Origin: Pedobacter sp.
Lineage (GTDB): Bacteria > Desulfobacterota > Desulfuromonadia > Desulfuromonadales > Syntrophotaleaceae
Assembly: GCA_050253415.1 (NCBI GenBank)
Contig: JBFWJC010000011.1
Coordinates: forward strand, 1-30,381
Direction of reading: 5' to 3'
Length of the DNA: 30,381 nt
Shown here: one piece after another, positions 16,401-26,086 of the stretch
How positions within the stretch are numbered: position 1 is the stretch's first letter
How the letters are laid out: each line of letters starts with the position of its first letter
The notes under the pieces: generated by a model
Seen by the model: only the letters and a program-made list of their open reading frames with translations
Told to the model about the DNA's origin: nothing
The model's database searches: none
Position numbers and translations under genes: made by a program

Positions 16401-18249
16401 ACAGGCCCTTTACCGAAGCGGAATCAGGGTGGCTGGTCGGCAGGCGTACGGCAATACTGTGAATAAAACAGCGCGCGGCTTCATCACCGATTTCAAAATC
16501 AACATTGGTTTGCACTTCCAGACCGAGGTCTTCCAGTACCGGCATAATCTGCCCGAGGGGCAAGGCCTGCATGCCGTAATACTGCAAAAGGTATTGCCCC
16601 CCCTGCCCGGGTAGCGGCCCCCAAAGAGCAAAGGTTTCAAGGCCTTTTTGCAGCAAGGTATCCAAGGCTTCGATATCACGAACCGCAAACCGGGGATGCA
16701 CAAGAGCGCGGTATTCGCGGGATAAAACAGGCAAATAACGGGTAGTCAAACGGGCCCCCTCCGCGGGGCCGTGCAGTTTTTCCAGAAGCAGCCCACATTT
16801 CTCCTCCCAGGAGCGGCCGATGCGCGTTAATACCCGCTCGAGCCGAACGGTATCGATCTGATCGTGACCGGGAGCAAACGGGCAGCGAACCTGCAAGGTC
16901 ACAGTGTCTCCGCCCCCTTGCCCGATATGCACGGATAATTGATCGGTCTGCAGATAGCGCCGCAGATGAAGTTCCATCCGGTGCAGGTTGTCGGGCGAAT
17001 AGAAACGTCGCGGCAGCATGACGACCAGCGTCAACCAACCGGCTGCCAGTCCTGGAACAGTGACAACCTTGACCGAGCCATCGCGGTAGAGCTGAGTCAG
17101 GGCGCGAACAATGCGTGTCAATTCCACGCGCTGGATCAAAAACAACTCGATGGTCGGGAACCCATCGAGCATCTCCATGGTTTTTCGCCAGTCGTGACTG
17201 TGGGCGCGAATACCGAGAGAATGCAATACCTGTTGAATACGGCGGCGCAAAGGTGGCAGGGAGATATTCCCCTGAACACGCCCCTGCGCAGTCAGCATAC
17301 CGGCAAAAACATGTTCCCGGCACAGTTCCGGATCGATATTTTCCCTCAGCGCCAGAAACAGTAACTGCTCTTCCGGACGCACCGGACACGGCTGGTCACC
17401 GGGCACTACAGTAACGGTTTCGTGGCGCAACATGCGCTGCCGAAAGGGGGCCGGCATTTCACACAAACACTGCCCCGTCTCAGGGAAAACCTCCCAGTTT
17501 CCCGGGATAAACCCGATGGCCGCATCATGTTTCTGGAACAACACCAATTCGCCATCTTCGCGCAATCGAATATCGATGCAACGATACGCAACCAATTCAA
17601 AATTGCCGGCTTGCAACCATCGCCAAAAAGCACCGTACCCGTCGGCGGTCGCAAGATCCTGCAACTGACCAATACATCGGCCCATGGCCGGCTGATCCTG
17701 CGCCAGTTGCTCCATCCCCTTGACCAGATGCCGCACATCATCCACCAGATCAGGATCCACCTCCGGCAAAAAACTCTGTAATTCAAAGATCATCATCGAC
17801 AGGCGAGTCACGTTGCGGCCTGTGCGAACCAGAGTGCGCCGGCCTTGTCGGTCTCGAGCACCAAGTATCGGATGCGCCACCACCCGAAAGCGCAAAACCC
17901 GCTGTTTGACCAACCCGATGACGGCATCGAACAAATAGGGAACATCCGCAGCGCATGCAATAAGCCAGAACCTCCCCGCTTTTGGCAAAGGGAACAAACC
18001 AACCGACACACCCTGCTTATCCCCCCTGCCTTCGACTGCGAACATCAAATATTCCAGAAGCTGCGCCAATTCTTCGGGCGTCATTAACGAAAACGCCGTT
18101 GGGGCTGCATGTTCCGTCAATTTCTCCGCCAGCAACACCATGGTTTCCAGACTCTCGGGATCATGTCGAGAAGCGAGAAGTTGCAGGGCCTTTCGCGACA
18201 GAAGCTGACTGGGGTCGGACTGCGTAGAAGCTGTCGTATCTGCGGTCAT
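13459..18249 (-). CDS. gdhB: Large NAD-specific glutamate dehydrogenase (180-kDa class)
   Basis: 1596 aa. ARGGIRW, IVPVGSKGGF, VVAADKGTA, GYDHK and GIGDMSGDVFGNG motifs. Confidence 0.95.
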   Translation of the reverse strand: MTADTTASTQSDPSQLLSRKALQLLASRHDPESLETMVLLAEKLTEHAAPTAFSLMTPEELAQLLEYLMFAVEGRGDKQGVSVGLFPLPKAGRFWLIACAADVPYLFDAVIGLVKQRVLRFRVVAHPILGARDRQGRRTLVRTGRNVTRLSMMIFELQSFLPEVDPDLVDDVRHLVKGMEQLAQDQPAMGRCIGQLQDLATADGYGAFWRWLQAGNFELVAYRCIDIRLREDGELVLFQKHDAAIGFIPGNWEVFPETGQCLCEMPAPFRQRMLRHETVTVVPGDQPCPVRPEEQLLFLALRENIDPELCREHVFAGMLTAQGRVQGNISLPPLRRRIQQVLHSLGIRAHSHDWRKTMEMLDGFPTIELFLIQRVELTRIVRALTQLYRDGSVKVVTVPGLAAGWLTLVVMLPRRFYSPDNLHRMELHLRRYLQTDQLSVHIGQGGGDTVTLQVRCPFAPGHDQIDTVRLERVLTRIGRSWEEKCGLLLEKLHGPAEGARLTTRYLPVLSREYRALVHPRFAVRDIEALDTLLQKGLETFALWGPLPGQGGQYLLQYYGMQALPLGQIMPVLEDLGLEVQTNVDFEIGDEAARCFIHSIAVRLPTSHPDSASVKGLLLDALSAIRAGRTESDSLNRLVTTAAMSWRQISVLRAYRAYLLQLGQPYGHGEVGRALVSDIAVAKLLYDYFEARFQGSGEASALRNKEEKLLPPLRHAMVEALNSVTDLRQDTILRTLFNLVDATLRTNYYLCEDTPGHPLSFKIASMGIIDLPAPRPLYEIFVHSPSMMGIHLRGGKVARGGIRWCDRPEGMRDEVLDLMSTQMIKNTLIVPVGSKGGFVVKNLSVKLETAQAQVAKAYEDFMRGMLDLTDNLVDGAPRRVPQLVAYDDQDSYLVVAADKGTARFSDRANAVSAEYRFWLGDAFASGGSQGYDHKKLGITARGAWVSVQRHFRELDTSYADKGLTVIGIGDMSGDVFGNGLLQSDKLRLLAAFDHRHIFLDPDPDPVVSFAERRRLFELPRSSWADYAPRLISAGGGVFPRDAKDIPLSPEVRSWLGTHQRSSDGPGLVRLILSAPADLLWNGGIGTYIKADGETHQQVGDRPNDNVRIDARQLKVKVVGEGGNLGFTQRARVEYSLCGGRINVDAVDNAGGVACSDHEVNLKILMRQLIDAGQLATLEERDRLLESLGEEICQAVLDDCGKQGLCLSLDRARCADRLESFFAQMESLSNAGFLDPAAHDLPGLKQTMARPERALARPELAVLMAYSKMQMYHALLQSDLPESYFGHSCLHDYFPARLVEKFGHTFSAHPLAREIAATVMSNRIINQAGSAMCGRLCRQTGAELSEVAALYLLFDEVLDGPRMRRLVTSKSLQWSADRELQWLLRLEKTLEEMCRWALVRNLGIPLQPAVVEAFHRDISSYLVILDTVLPHDVRQSLSNQAFALAQDGFDEFSAKKCVALNYLEDFLPVANLALLTGEDLLTMARLLSEVKQQLGLPAIIESLAQVQSLERWDRLAWQSLHSKFGSLGFDVALAVWRESQGDCQRYLSMRGSRMRVLRDQQARLQGSIPADYHPFVVVMATLESLLGGGDREKSGQYP

Positions 18250-18758
18250 TGAATATCTCCCTCAAGTCCTGAAGCATAAGCAGTGTCTTATCAATAGGTT
18301 ATACGATACGGGTAAGGATGCAAGGATAGATACAAGCTGTCCTATCTTCAGGCCGAAGAAACATACTGCAATGCATGCCTCCGCAAGTTTGACGCACCTT
18401 CACCCCGACCGTAAACAACATTTAATGTTGTATACTGTTCTACTCTGTTCCATTTAAGATATGTTTTACCTTATAATGCTTACCATATGTTCTAATTTGA
18501 ACTGTTTGCGGCACCAACGGAGGAGGGAAACCAGCCTTGCAGTACAGGCTGCCTGCAGCCAGCCTCTCCCGCCCTCCAATCTACGCGCCACCCATTAGTC
18601 TGCAAAAAATGTTTTTGCTTCCCCAGGGAGGGAAAGACGCTGAAAGACAGTTATCCGCTCGCATCAACCACATTGATATAAAACTTTTCAAAACAGGTTT
18701 CATTGCATAGCCATCACGTAAAACGTGCAGATTATATTTGGGTCGAGGAGAACTTTTT

Positions 18759-19007
18759 ATGAAAAAGCAAATCGTCATTTGCATGGGGAGTTCCTGTTTC
18801 AGTCGCGGCAACGACCGGAACCTTGAGATTATTGAAGAATTCATTGCCAAACACAAGATGGAAGAGCTGGTCGATTTACGCGGTAGCCGTTGCGAAGGAA
18901 AGTGTGACCACGGTCCCATCCTCAAAATCGACGATCAGGTATTCTCTCATACAAACAAGGCTGACATCCTTAAAATTCTGCAGGAAAACCTGTTTACAGG
19001 AGATTAG
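18759..19007 (+). CDS. Thioredoxin-like [2Fe-2S] ferredoxin (HfsA/NuoE-like)
   Basis: CMGSSC and CEGKCDHGP motifs. RBS GAGGAG. Confidence 0.85.
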   Translation: MKKQIVICMGSSCFSRGNDRNLEIIEEFIAKHKMEELVDLRGSRCEGKCDHGPILKIDDQVFSHTNKADILKILQENLFTGD

Positions 19008-19012
19008 CTATC

Positions 19013-20764
19013 ATGACTCAAAACCCGCCTCTACAACCACCTATCTATACCCGCGAAACAGAATGCCAGGACTGCTCCAAATGTGTTCGTTACTGTCCGG
19101 TCAAGGCGATCAAGGTCGCCGATGGCCAGGCCAGGATCGTACCGGAAAGATGCGTAGCCTGCGGTACCTGTGTTCGCGTGTGTCCGGCCAACGCCAAGCG
19201 CGTACGCGACGATCTTGATCAGACCAAACGCATACTGGATTCCGACGCCAGAGTGTTCGCGTCACTGGCCCCGTCCTTTGTCAGTGAATTTCCAGAGATC
19301 CCTACCAGTCATATCATTGCAGCACTGCATAAACTGGGCTTTTCCGGCGTGAGCGAAACCGCCCTGGGAGCTCAGGAAGTATCCGCTCTGGTTGCCGCCG
19401 AGTTGGATAAAGGGGAAAATCGCCTGTATCTGTCGTCGGCCTGCCCCGCTGCCGTTACCTATATCCAGAAGTATCTGCCTGATCTTTCCGACTCGATAAC
19501 CACCGTGTTATCCCCTCTGCTGTCCCACTGCACGATGCTCAGGGAACATTTCGGTGCGGATATCCGCATAGTATTTATCGGACCTTGCGGCGCGAAGAAA
19601 AATGAGGGCGACCGTCACCCGGAATTGCTCGACACCGTCATCACTTTTGCCGACCTGCGGCAATGGCTTGAAGATGAAAGGATTGACCTGGCAACACTGC
19701 GTCCCGGTAGCGAAGACAAGTTCGTGCCGGAAGCCTCGCAAGAAGGAGCTCTCTACCCGGTAGAAGGTGGCATGATCGAAACGGTGCGGATGCAGGGCGG
19801 CGGCGATAAAGCACGCTGCATCACCGTTGCCGGCATCAACGGTATCCGCCATGTACTGTCCGGATTTAAACCAAAATCGCTGCCCCAGCCGCTGTTCATG
19901 GAATTGCTGGCCTGCCGGGGCGGCTGCATTAACGGTCCCTGCGCTCAGCTTCGTGAAGGAAACCTGGATCAATGGCAAGAGGTTATCGCCCGCACCGAAG
20001 TGCCTGTGGCACCGATTCATCGCATCCCGCGAAACGATATCATCGAGACCATTATCGACCAGCCCTTACAGATCGTCCACTACAGTGAAAATGAGATCCG
20101 CGAGGCCCTGCGCCTGATCGACAAGGAAAAGCTCGAAGACGAACTTAACTGTGGCGGATGCGGCTACGAAACCTGCCGGGATTTTGCCGAAGCGATTCTC
20201 TCGGGTCACGCCGAAGCATCCATGTGCCTGTCCTATCTGCGCCGCCAGGCCCAGCGCAAAGCCAACGCACTGCTGCACTGCATTCCTTCAGCGATCGTGC
20301 TGGTCGACAAAGATCTGCGGGTACTCGACTGTAACCGCCAGTTTGCCGAACTTTTCAGCGAGGATCTGGTAGAAGCCTACGATCTGCGCCCAGGGCTTAA
20401 AGGGGCCGTGCTGGAACACATTTTACCGTTCCCCCAACTGTTTAAACATGTTTTGGACAGTGGAGCCACCTTGCAGCACGACGCTTTGCATGTCGAAGAT
20501 CGCATCTTCCAGGTCAATATTTTCCCTATCGAACCGGGCCAGGTTACAGGGGGCGTTATCTGCGACATCACTGCGCATGAGATGCCACGGGAAATGATCG
20601 CCAAACGGGCGAGAGAAGTTATCCATAAAAACCTTAAAACCGTTCAGGAAATTGCCTGCAAACTTGGCGAAAACATGGCTGACACGGAAATACTGCTGCG
20701 TTCCCTGGCGGAAGGCTTTTCGCCCGTTAAAGACGTGGACGATGACTTCGATAAGGACAGGTAA
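19013..20764 (+). CDS. Group C (sensory) [FeFe]-hydrogenase with FeS and PAS domains (HydS/HfsB-like)
   Basis: 2x[4Fe-4S] N-terminus. H-cluster motifs SSACP, GPCGAKKNE and ELLACRGGCING. CGGCGYETC...C FeS domain and C-terminal PAS. Confidence 0.9.
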   Translation: MTQNPPLQPPIYTRETECQDCSKCVRYCPVKAIKVADGQARIVPERCVACGTCVRVCPANAKRVRDDLDQTKRILDSDARVFASLAPSFVSEFPEIPTSHIIAALHKLGFSGVSETALGAQEVSALVAAELDKGENRLYLSSACPAAVTYIQKYLPDLSDSITTVLSPLLSHCTMLREHFGADIRIVFIGPCGAKKNEGDRHPELLDTVITFADLRQWLEDERIDLATLRPGSEDKFVPEASQEGALYPVEGGMIETVRMQGGGDKARCITVAGINGIRHVLSGFKPKSLPQPLFMELLACRGGCINGPCAQLREGNLDQWQEVIARTEVPVAPIHRIPRNDIIETIIDQPLQIVHYSENEIREALRLIDKEKLEDELNCGGCGYETCRDFAEAILSGHAEASMCLSYLRRQAQRKANALLHCIPSAIVLVDKDLRVLDCNRQFAELFSEDLVEAYDLRPGLKGAVLEHILPFPQLFKHVLDSGATLQHDALHVEDRIFQVNIFPIEPGQVTGGVICDITAHEMPREMIAKRAREVIHKNLKTVQEIACKLGENMADTEILLRSLAEGFSPVKDVDDDFDKDR

Positions 20765-20769
20765 CTTCC

Positions 20770-21945
20770 ATGAAAAATTCGTTGTTTGTTGAAATCGAGT
20801 CATTCCAATACAACTGCGAAGGTGAGGATATCTGCGGCGATTGCTTCGTTATGGAGAAAACGCCGGGCTTCAACCGCATTATAGCCGTCTTGTCCGATGG
20901 CCTCGGCCATGGTGTCAAGGCCGGCATCCTTTCGAACATGACAGCCTCCATGGCGTTAAAATTCATCGCCAGTAATCAGGCCCTCATACCGTCAGCCGAA
21001 ATCATGATGGATGCCCTGCCTGTGTGCCAGACGCGAAAAATCAGCTATGCCACCTTTTCCATTGTCGATTACATGCCCGGCGAAGGGGCCCGCATTATCG
21101 AAATGGACAACCCTCCCCTCATTCACATCCGAAACGGCGCACTGGTTGAACCGAGCTATAAAGAAGTCTGGTCGCCGCGACATGAAAACCGCAAACTGCG
21201 TATTTACGAAGTAGATGTACAATCGCAGGACCGGTTGATCATCATGTCGGATGGCATAAGTCAGGCCGGGCTGGGATCCGATCGGTACAAACTCGGATGG
21301 CGTCGTCAGGGGTGCGCCAATTTTGCCGTTGACCTGATTCGAAATGAGCCTTCGATTTCCGCCCGTAATCTGTCCAAGGAGATTGTCGAAAAAGCCCGGG
21401 ATCTGGAGAAAAATCGCAAGCCAGGCGATGACATGACGGCCGCTGTGTTTTATTTCCGGGTCCCTCGCCGCACAATATTGTTGACCGGACCACCTTTTTC
21501 CAAAGGATACGACCAGGAATACGCGTGGATTCTATCAGCTTTTCGCGGCAGCAAGGTAATCTGCGGAGGAACTTCCGCCGAGATTGTGGCACGCGAACTG
21601 GGTCGGGAAATTCACACCGATCTGTCAACCGTGGCGAAAGGCATTCCACCCATGGCGTGTATGGAAGGGGTCGATCTGATCACCGAAGGCATCCTTACTC
21701 TCACCCATACAGCGCAACTGCTTGAGGCTGGCGAATCCCCCCAGGATAACAACGGGGCAGCCCAACTCACCAACCTGTTGCGTGACAGCGACAGTATTCA
21801 ATTTGTCATCGGGACCAAAATCAACGAGGCCCATCAAGATCCAAGGCATCCGGAAGACCTTGAGATACGGCGCAATATTACCAAGCGCCTGGCGCAGGTC
21901 CTGGAAAAGAAATATCTGAAGGAAGTTAACATCCGGTATATTTAA
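20770..21945 (+). CDS. SpoIIE/PP2C-family serine phosphatase (HfsC-like)
   Basis: CGD, SDGLGHG, SDG and DDMT motifs. Confidence 0.9.
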   Translation: MKNSLFVEIESFQYNCEGEDICGDCFVMEKTPGFNRIIAVLSDGLGHGVKAGILSNMTASMALKFIASNQALIPSAEIMMDALPVCQTRKISYATFSIVDYMPGEGARIIEMDNPPLIHIRNGALVEPSYKEVWSPRHENRKLRIYEVDVQSQDRLIIMSDGISQAGLGSDRYKLGWRRQGCANFAVDLIRNEPSISARNLSKEIVEKARDLEKNRKPGDDMTAAVFYFRVPRRTILLTGPPFSKGYDQEYAWILSAFRGSKVICGGTSAEIVARELGREIHTDLSTVAKGIPPMACMEGVDLITEGILTLTHTAQLLEAGESPQDNNGAAQLTNLLRDSDSIQFVIGTKINEAHQDPRHPEDLEIRRNITKRLAQVLEKKYLKEVNIRYI

Positions 21946-21965
21946 CAGTTATAAAAGCCAGCCAA

Positions 21966-22042
21966 TTTCACCGCGATGACCACCGAGAACGCAGAGAAAA
22001 GCCTCTGAGATGAAAGCTGCTCTCTGCGTTCTCTGCGGTAAA
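21966..22042. repeat. REP-like inverted repeat between convergent genes
   Basis: GAGAACGCAGAGA (21985-21997) / TCTCTGCGTTCTC (22021-22033), a perfect 13-bp inverted repeat with outer ACCGC/GCGGT arms. Confidence 0.7.
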
Positions 22043-22188
22043 TAACCAGTCTTTTTAAACCTTCCAAAAGGGCTACTACAAAACTGAAACAATACCTGGG
22101 ACGCTGCTCCTGGCAGCATTATCCCCCGGACACCAAGACACGATGCGCATACAAATCGTTTCTCCCCCCTTGCACCCATTAAAGACTG

Positions 22189-23223
22189 TCATTTCTTTAA
22201 ATTATTCAACAGTGGCAGAAGGTTACCAACATCGACCCGATCCAGACAGGCGACACGCTTTAATATTCTGACAAAGTCGGCGTGCTCAGGATGCCCCTGA
22301 TGGTGCACGGACCGGCTGGCGAAATCCTGTTCGGAAAACGTACCCCAGTTAACCAATTGGCTGAAGTAAACCTCGAAGCCAAACCCATGCGCCAAAGCAA
22401 CAAAGTCAGGCATTTCCAGATAATTGTTTTGTTGAACAACAAAACTCAGCTTCACCGGTATATTTAAAGTCTGAATAAAGGCAAGATTGTTCAACAACCT
22501 GGAAAAATCTCCTCCTCGGCGGTTGATCGCATAGGTGGATGGGCTGGCGGCATCTACGGATATTTCCGCGGATCTTACCAACTCCCGGGCACGGTGCATG
22601 GTCTCCCACATACCATGGTCCCAAAGCAAGCCGTTGGTGTGCAGACGAATCGTATGCAAGCGGGGGAATTCCTCTGGATCCAAATCCTGCAACAACAACC
22701 GGTACGAAGCGCTAAAGAAAGGGTCACCAAAACCGCTGACTGTCATTTCCTCAACGTGGGGAGCAATGGCATGGCGTACTCGGGCTTCTATCTGGCGTAT
22801 GCGCCCCTGCGTTCGCTTGCCTGGTTGTAGAAAATCCCGCCGGCAACTGGCACACGCAAGGTTGCAGCGATGATCATAGCAAAGATTTATCCGTCGAGGC
22901 CCAAAAGGCAATCGCGTAATACCATGCAGCATCAAATCCCGCAGGGAATCAGGCTTGACCTGCTTTAGCGGCATCACCGGTTCAACCGGCCCGGCCAGGC
23001 GGGGGCAACGCCCATGGTTGCACTGTCCAAAGGTTCCATCCAGAACAGACTGACGCAGTCTTTGAGCAACCAGGCCGTTCCAGATGTCCTGAAAAGGGGT
23101 CTGCAAAAGATTGCCCAAAGGCTCACTTATCCAGGAAGGACAGCAGGCAAAAACCGATCCGTCGGCGTGAATTTCACACCAGGTGAAGGGTTGCATGCAA
23201 ATCAAACGATCATCACCCCTCAT
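22189..23223 (-). CDS. Radical SAM protein with N-terminal SPASM/twitch domain
   Basis: CMQPF...DGSVFACC...GNL...IWNG...CNHGRCP precedes CNLACASC. Start codon uncertain. Confidence 0.85.
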   Translation of the reverse strand: MRGDDRLICMQPFTWCEIHADGSVFACCPSWISEPLGNLLQTPFQDIWNGLVAQRLRQSVLDGTFGQCNHGRCPRLAGPVEPVMPLKQVKPDSLRDLMLHGITRLPFGPRRINLCYDHRCNLACASCRRDFLQPGKRTQGRIRQIEARVRHAIAPHVEEMTVSGFGDPFFSASYRLLLQDLDPEEFPRLHTIRLHTNGLLWDHGMWETMHRARELVRSAEISVDAASPSTYAINRRGGDFSRLLNNLAFIQTLNIPVKLSFVVQQNNYLEMPDFVALAHGFGFEVYFSQLVNWGTFSEQDFASRSVHHQGHPEHADFVRILKRVACLDRVDVGNLLPLLNNLKK

Positions 23224-23450
23224 AATATTCCCCCCCATATCCCACCAAAGACCGAACCATCCCCCCTGCTGCTGCGCCGGATACTGACTCCACAAGCAGA
23301 CGGAAAACATGATAAGGCTGCCGGTTGCATGGCACAGGCGCCGACAAGTGAGCGAGTCTCACCTATCTCATCGCAACACAAATTTTTTAAGGTTAAAGCA
23401 GCGGTTTAGAAAATCAGTATCGCAAAGCAATGTAGCACAGCTTTACCCGA

Positions 23451-23490
23451 AAAAAAAAAGCCCACAGGCAGTTTTGCCCGGGGCTTTTTT
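23451..23490. terminator. Intrinsic terminator downstream of the lipoprotein gene
   Basis: A9-GCCC...GGCA/TGCC...GGGC-T6 hairpin. Confidence 0.65.
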
Positions 23491-23557
23491 AATTTCATGA
23501 CGTCATCTCAGGATATGTCCATAGGAACACATCCGGAGCATGGTCTACCGACCGAAA

Positions 23558-23806
23558 TTATTCGGCGGCAGCAGCAGGAGCTTCTTCGGTCACGGCTTCA
23601 GCAGCAGGAGCTTCAGTAGCTACCTCTGCAGTTTCAGCAACTTCAGCAGGAGCTTCTTCCATAGCTTGGTCCATAGCTTGGTCCATCTCAGGTGCAACTT
23701 CCTGAGTCTGCTCTACAGCAACAGGAGCCTCTTCTTTTTTCTGACAAGCGACGGTCATACCAGCCATAAGAAGCACGCAAAGGAAAACAAGAACTTTCTT
23801 ACTCAT
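23558..23806 (-). CDS. Small Ala/Glu/Pro-rich lipoprotein
   Basis: MSKK plus hydrophobic core plus lipobox-like TVAC. Low-complexity EAPA repeats. RBS AGGAG. Confidence 0.8.
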   Translation of the reverse strand: MSKKVLVFLCVLLMAGMTVACQKKEEAPVAVEQTQEVAPEMDQAMDQAMEEAPAEVAETAEVATEAPAAEAVTEEAPAAAAE

Positions 23807-24042
23807 GACAAATCTCCTAAACCCCTTAAATTGTGTACTGAAAAATCGTCTGTCACCGTGACAGACGGCCACGAAAATACTCTTTTTTACAACAAAATCA
23901 ACATAAATTTTTATCGCAGTTTTTTTGGAACCTCACGCCATTTTTCGAAACATTTTTCCGTTTTGTTTCAATGGGTTACAAAATCGTCCAAATAACGAAA
24001 ACCTTCTTTCGTCAAGACGGACCGAGAGAATGGCAAAAACGA

Positions 24043-24321
24043 TTATTTCAAAAACATGGAAATTCCAAAATCCTGGGCGCGACGATACCCCTCAATTTCA
24101 TTTTCTGAACCCGCGTGTAAGCCGACCCCCGACAAAATTGCATCCTGTTCAATTTCATCCGGCGACCAACCTTGGCTTTTCAAATAATGCAGTGCGCGAC
24201 GGGTTGCACCTTCGGGTCCCCTATCCATCACCCAAAAATGCGCGTCTACACTCGGAACGACACGGTAGTTCGGGTTACCGAGAACAGGCTTGGCTCGAAC
24301 GACAAGAAAATAGGTCTTCAT
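24043..24321 (-). CDS. Hypothetical protein (92 aa)
   Basis: RBS GAGG upstream of ATG. Co-oriented with neighbours. Confidence 0.55.
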   Translation of the reverse strand: MKTYFLVVRAKPVLGNPNYRVVPSVDAHFWVMDRGPEGATRRALHYLKSQGWSPDEIEQDAILSGVGLHAGSENEIEGYRRAQDFGISMFLK

Positions 24322-24515
24322 CGCTAACCTCTATCAACCAGCATTTCAAGCTGTGCTTGCACATACGCCAAGCTTCAGTCGCTTTGACAATAACTGGTAA
24401 TTCCCGCAAGGTCGGAAATACTCTAACACCCACCAACTTCAAGTGCAAACACTAATTAAAACCTTACGAAAAGGTCTAATGCACTTCCCAACCCGTAACT
24501 GTTTATGATTTTATA

Positions 24516-25130
24516 TCAAAAATCAACCACACCTAGGTCGGGATGGCGACACTGCCATTGTTCAAATTCCTTGCGAGTATTCAGATTGGCAAACATAGCC
24601 CAATCCGGACTGAAATTTCGTGCATCGGCCTCGGAAACATACAACGCGTTCAACGATAGCAGAAATTGATAAAGGGAGGTTCTTCCGGCGCCGAGGTAAG
24701 TCTCAATGTCCTCAACGATATCCCTACGATAAAAAGCATTAAAGGGTTCAAGATGTGTGCCGAATCGGGTCACACAAGCGTCGCCACCTCCTTGTCGAAG
24801 GCGATTTTGCATATAATGAATGAAATCCAGATTAATAAACGGCATGTCGCAGGCCAGCAGGTACACATAAGAAGATGAAGCGGTTTTCAAACCGATATGC
24901 AGGCCGGCCAAGGGTCCTTTGCCACAAAACTCGTCACGGACCAACGTAAAGTGAGTGTCCTGATACATATCGGGGGTATTGGTCACCACGATAACCTGAT
25001 CAAATATCGCGGCCAGGGTTTGGCCATGATGCCGCAAAAGATGATGATTTTTGACCTGCAGTAACTGCTTGTCAAAACCCATCCGGCTGCTCTTGCCGCC
25101 CGCCAAAATGACTGCGCTACCAAAAAGCAT
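24516..25130 (-). CDS. mobA: Molybdenum cofactor guanylyltransferase
   Basis: ILAGGKSSRMGFDK, GPLAG, ACDMP and NLNT motifs. Confidence 0.93.
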   Translation of the reverse strand: MLFGSAVILAGGKSSRMGFDKQLLQVKNHHLLRHHGQTLAAIFDQVIVVTNTPDMYQDTHFTLVRDEFCGKGPLAGLHIGLKTASSSYVYLLACDMPFINLDFIHYMQNRLRQGGGDACVTRFGTHLEPFNAFYRRDIVEDIETYLGAGRTSLYQFLLSLNALYVSEADARNFSPDWAMFANLNTRKEFEQWQCRHPDLGVVDF

Positions 25131-25234
25131 GGGACACCTCAGGGGGGAAATGTTTTCGTACGCTCTATGTACTTATAAAGTGCAATTTCCGAGGCTATTT
25201 AAGCTTTTCTCCTGCATAAAAATAGCCTGGGAAC

Positions 25235-26026
25235 TCAAAGCACCTCATCAAAACATGAAAAATTGGCATAAACATTTAAAGATTGCCCGCGCGCAAATCC
25301 GATCAGAGTCATTCCAACGGAACGCGCCAGATCGATGGCACGGCTGGTGGGTGCAGACCTGGAAATAATGGCTCCAATACCGCGACGCGAAACTTTAGCG
25401 ACAATTTCGGAAGAAACCCGGCCACTTGTAAGAATGATTTTGTCGTCAATATCCATACTTTGAAGCAAGGTATGGCCGATGATCTTGTCCAGCGCATTAT
25501 GCCTTCCAATATCATCTTCGAATAGCAGAATATCACTGCCGTCACTCAACGCGCAACTATGGACCCCCCCGGTTCGGTGAAACAGGTCTGACCGCCTGCC
25601 AAACGTCTCCATCAGGCGACAGATAACCAGAGGGTCCAACGGAATAGCACCACAAGTCACGACACACTCAGGGCAAGGCACATCAGCTTCAAGGGTTTTA
25701 CCCCCGTGACCACCGGCGCTCGTTACCGTACGCGTGCGGTCATTCAAACAGGACGGCAATTCCAGTAAACGGATATCCGCCTGAAGGCCTTTGTCGTCAA
25801 TACACAGATGCAAAATATCCGACGCAGCGTGAGCAAGTCCCTCAGCGTGCAGAAAGCCTGTCACCAGTTCGGGTAATGAGCGGGGGGTGCATAACAAGGA
25901 GATAAACTTTTGCCCATTGAGGTGGATGGCTAATTCGTGTTCGACGACAACCGTGTCTTTCCGGTGTGTGAGAACGCCATCGGCATAGGTAACAATAGAA
26001 AATGAACGACAATCCCTGGATTCCAT
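25235..26026 (-). CDS. fdhD: Formate dehydrogenase accessory sulfurtransferase
   Basis: TGGVH, DIGRHNALDK, SGRVSSEIV and SAPT motifs. Confidence 0.93.
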   Translation of the reverse strand: MESRDCRSFSIVTYADGVLTHRKDTVVVEHELAIHLNGQKFISLLCTPRSLPELVTGFLHAEGLAHAASDILHLCIDDKGLQADIRLLELPSCLNDRTRTVTSAGGHGGKTLEADVPCPECVVTCGAIPLDPLVICRLMETFGRRSDLFHRTGGVHSCALSDGSDILLFEDDIGRHNALDKIIGHTLLQSMDIDDKIILTSGRVSSEIVAKVSRRGIGAIISRSAPTSRAIDLARSVGMTLIGFARGQSLNVYANFSCFDEVL

Positions 26027-26086
26027 CAATGTTCTCTTTCCGAGCAAGTCTCAACCGAATAAAACATAACGAAATCTTAAAAAAAT

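Noticed and set aside
23558..23806. Repetitive small protein next to a radical SAM gene as a RiPP precursor, or its DNA repeats as a CRISPR array
   Set aside because: It has a lipoprotein signal and a terminator separates the genes. The repeats are in-frame codon repeats (EAPA, MDQA) without spacers or cas genes.
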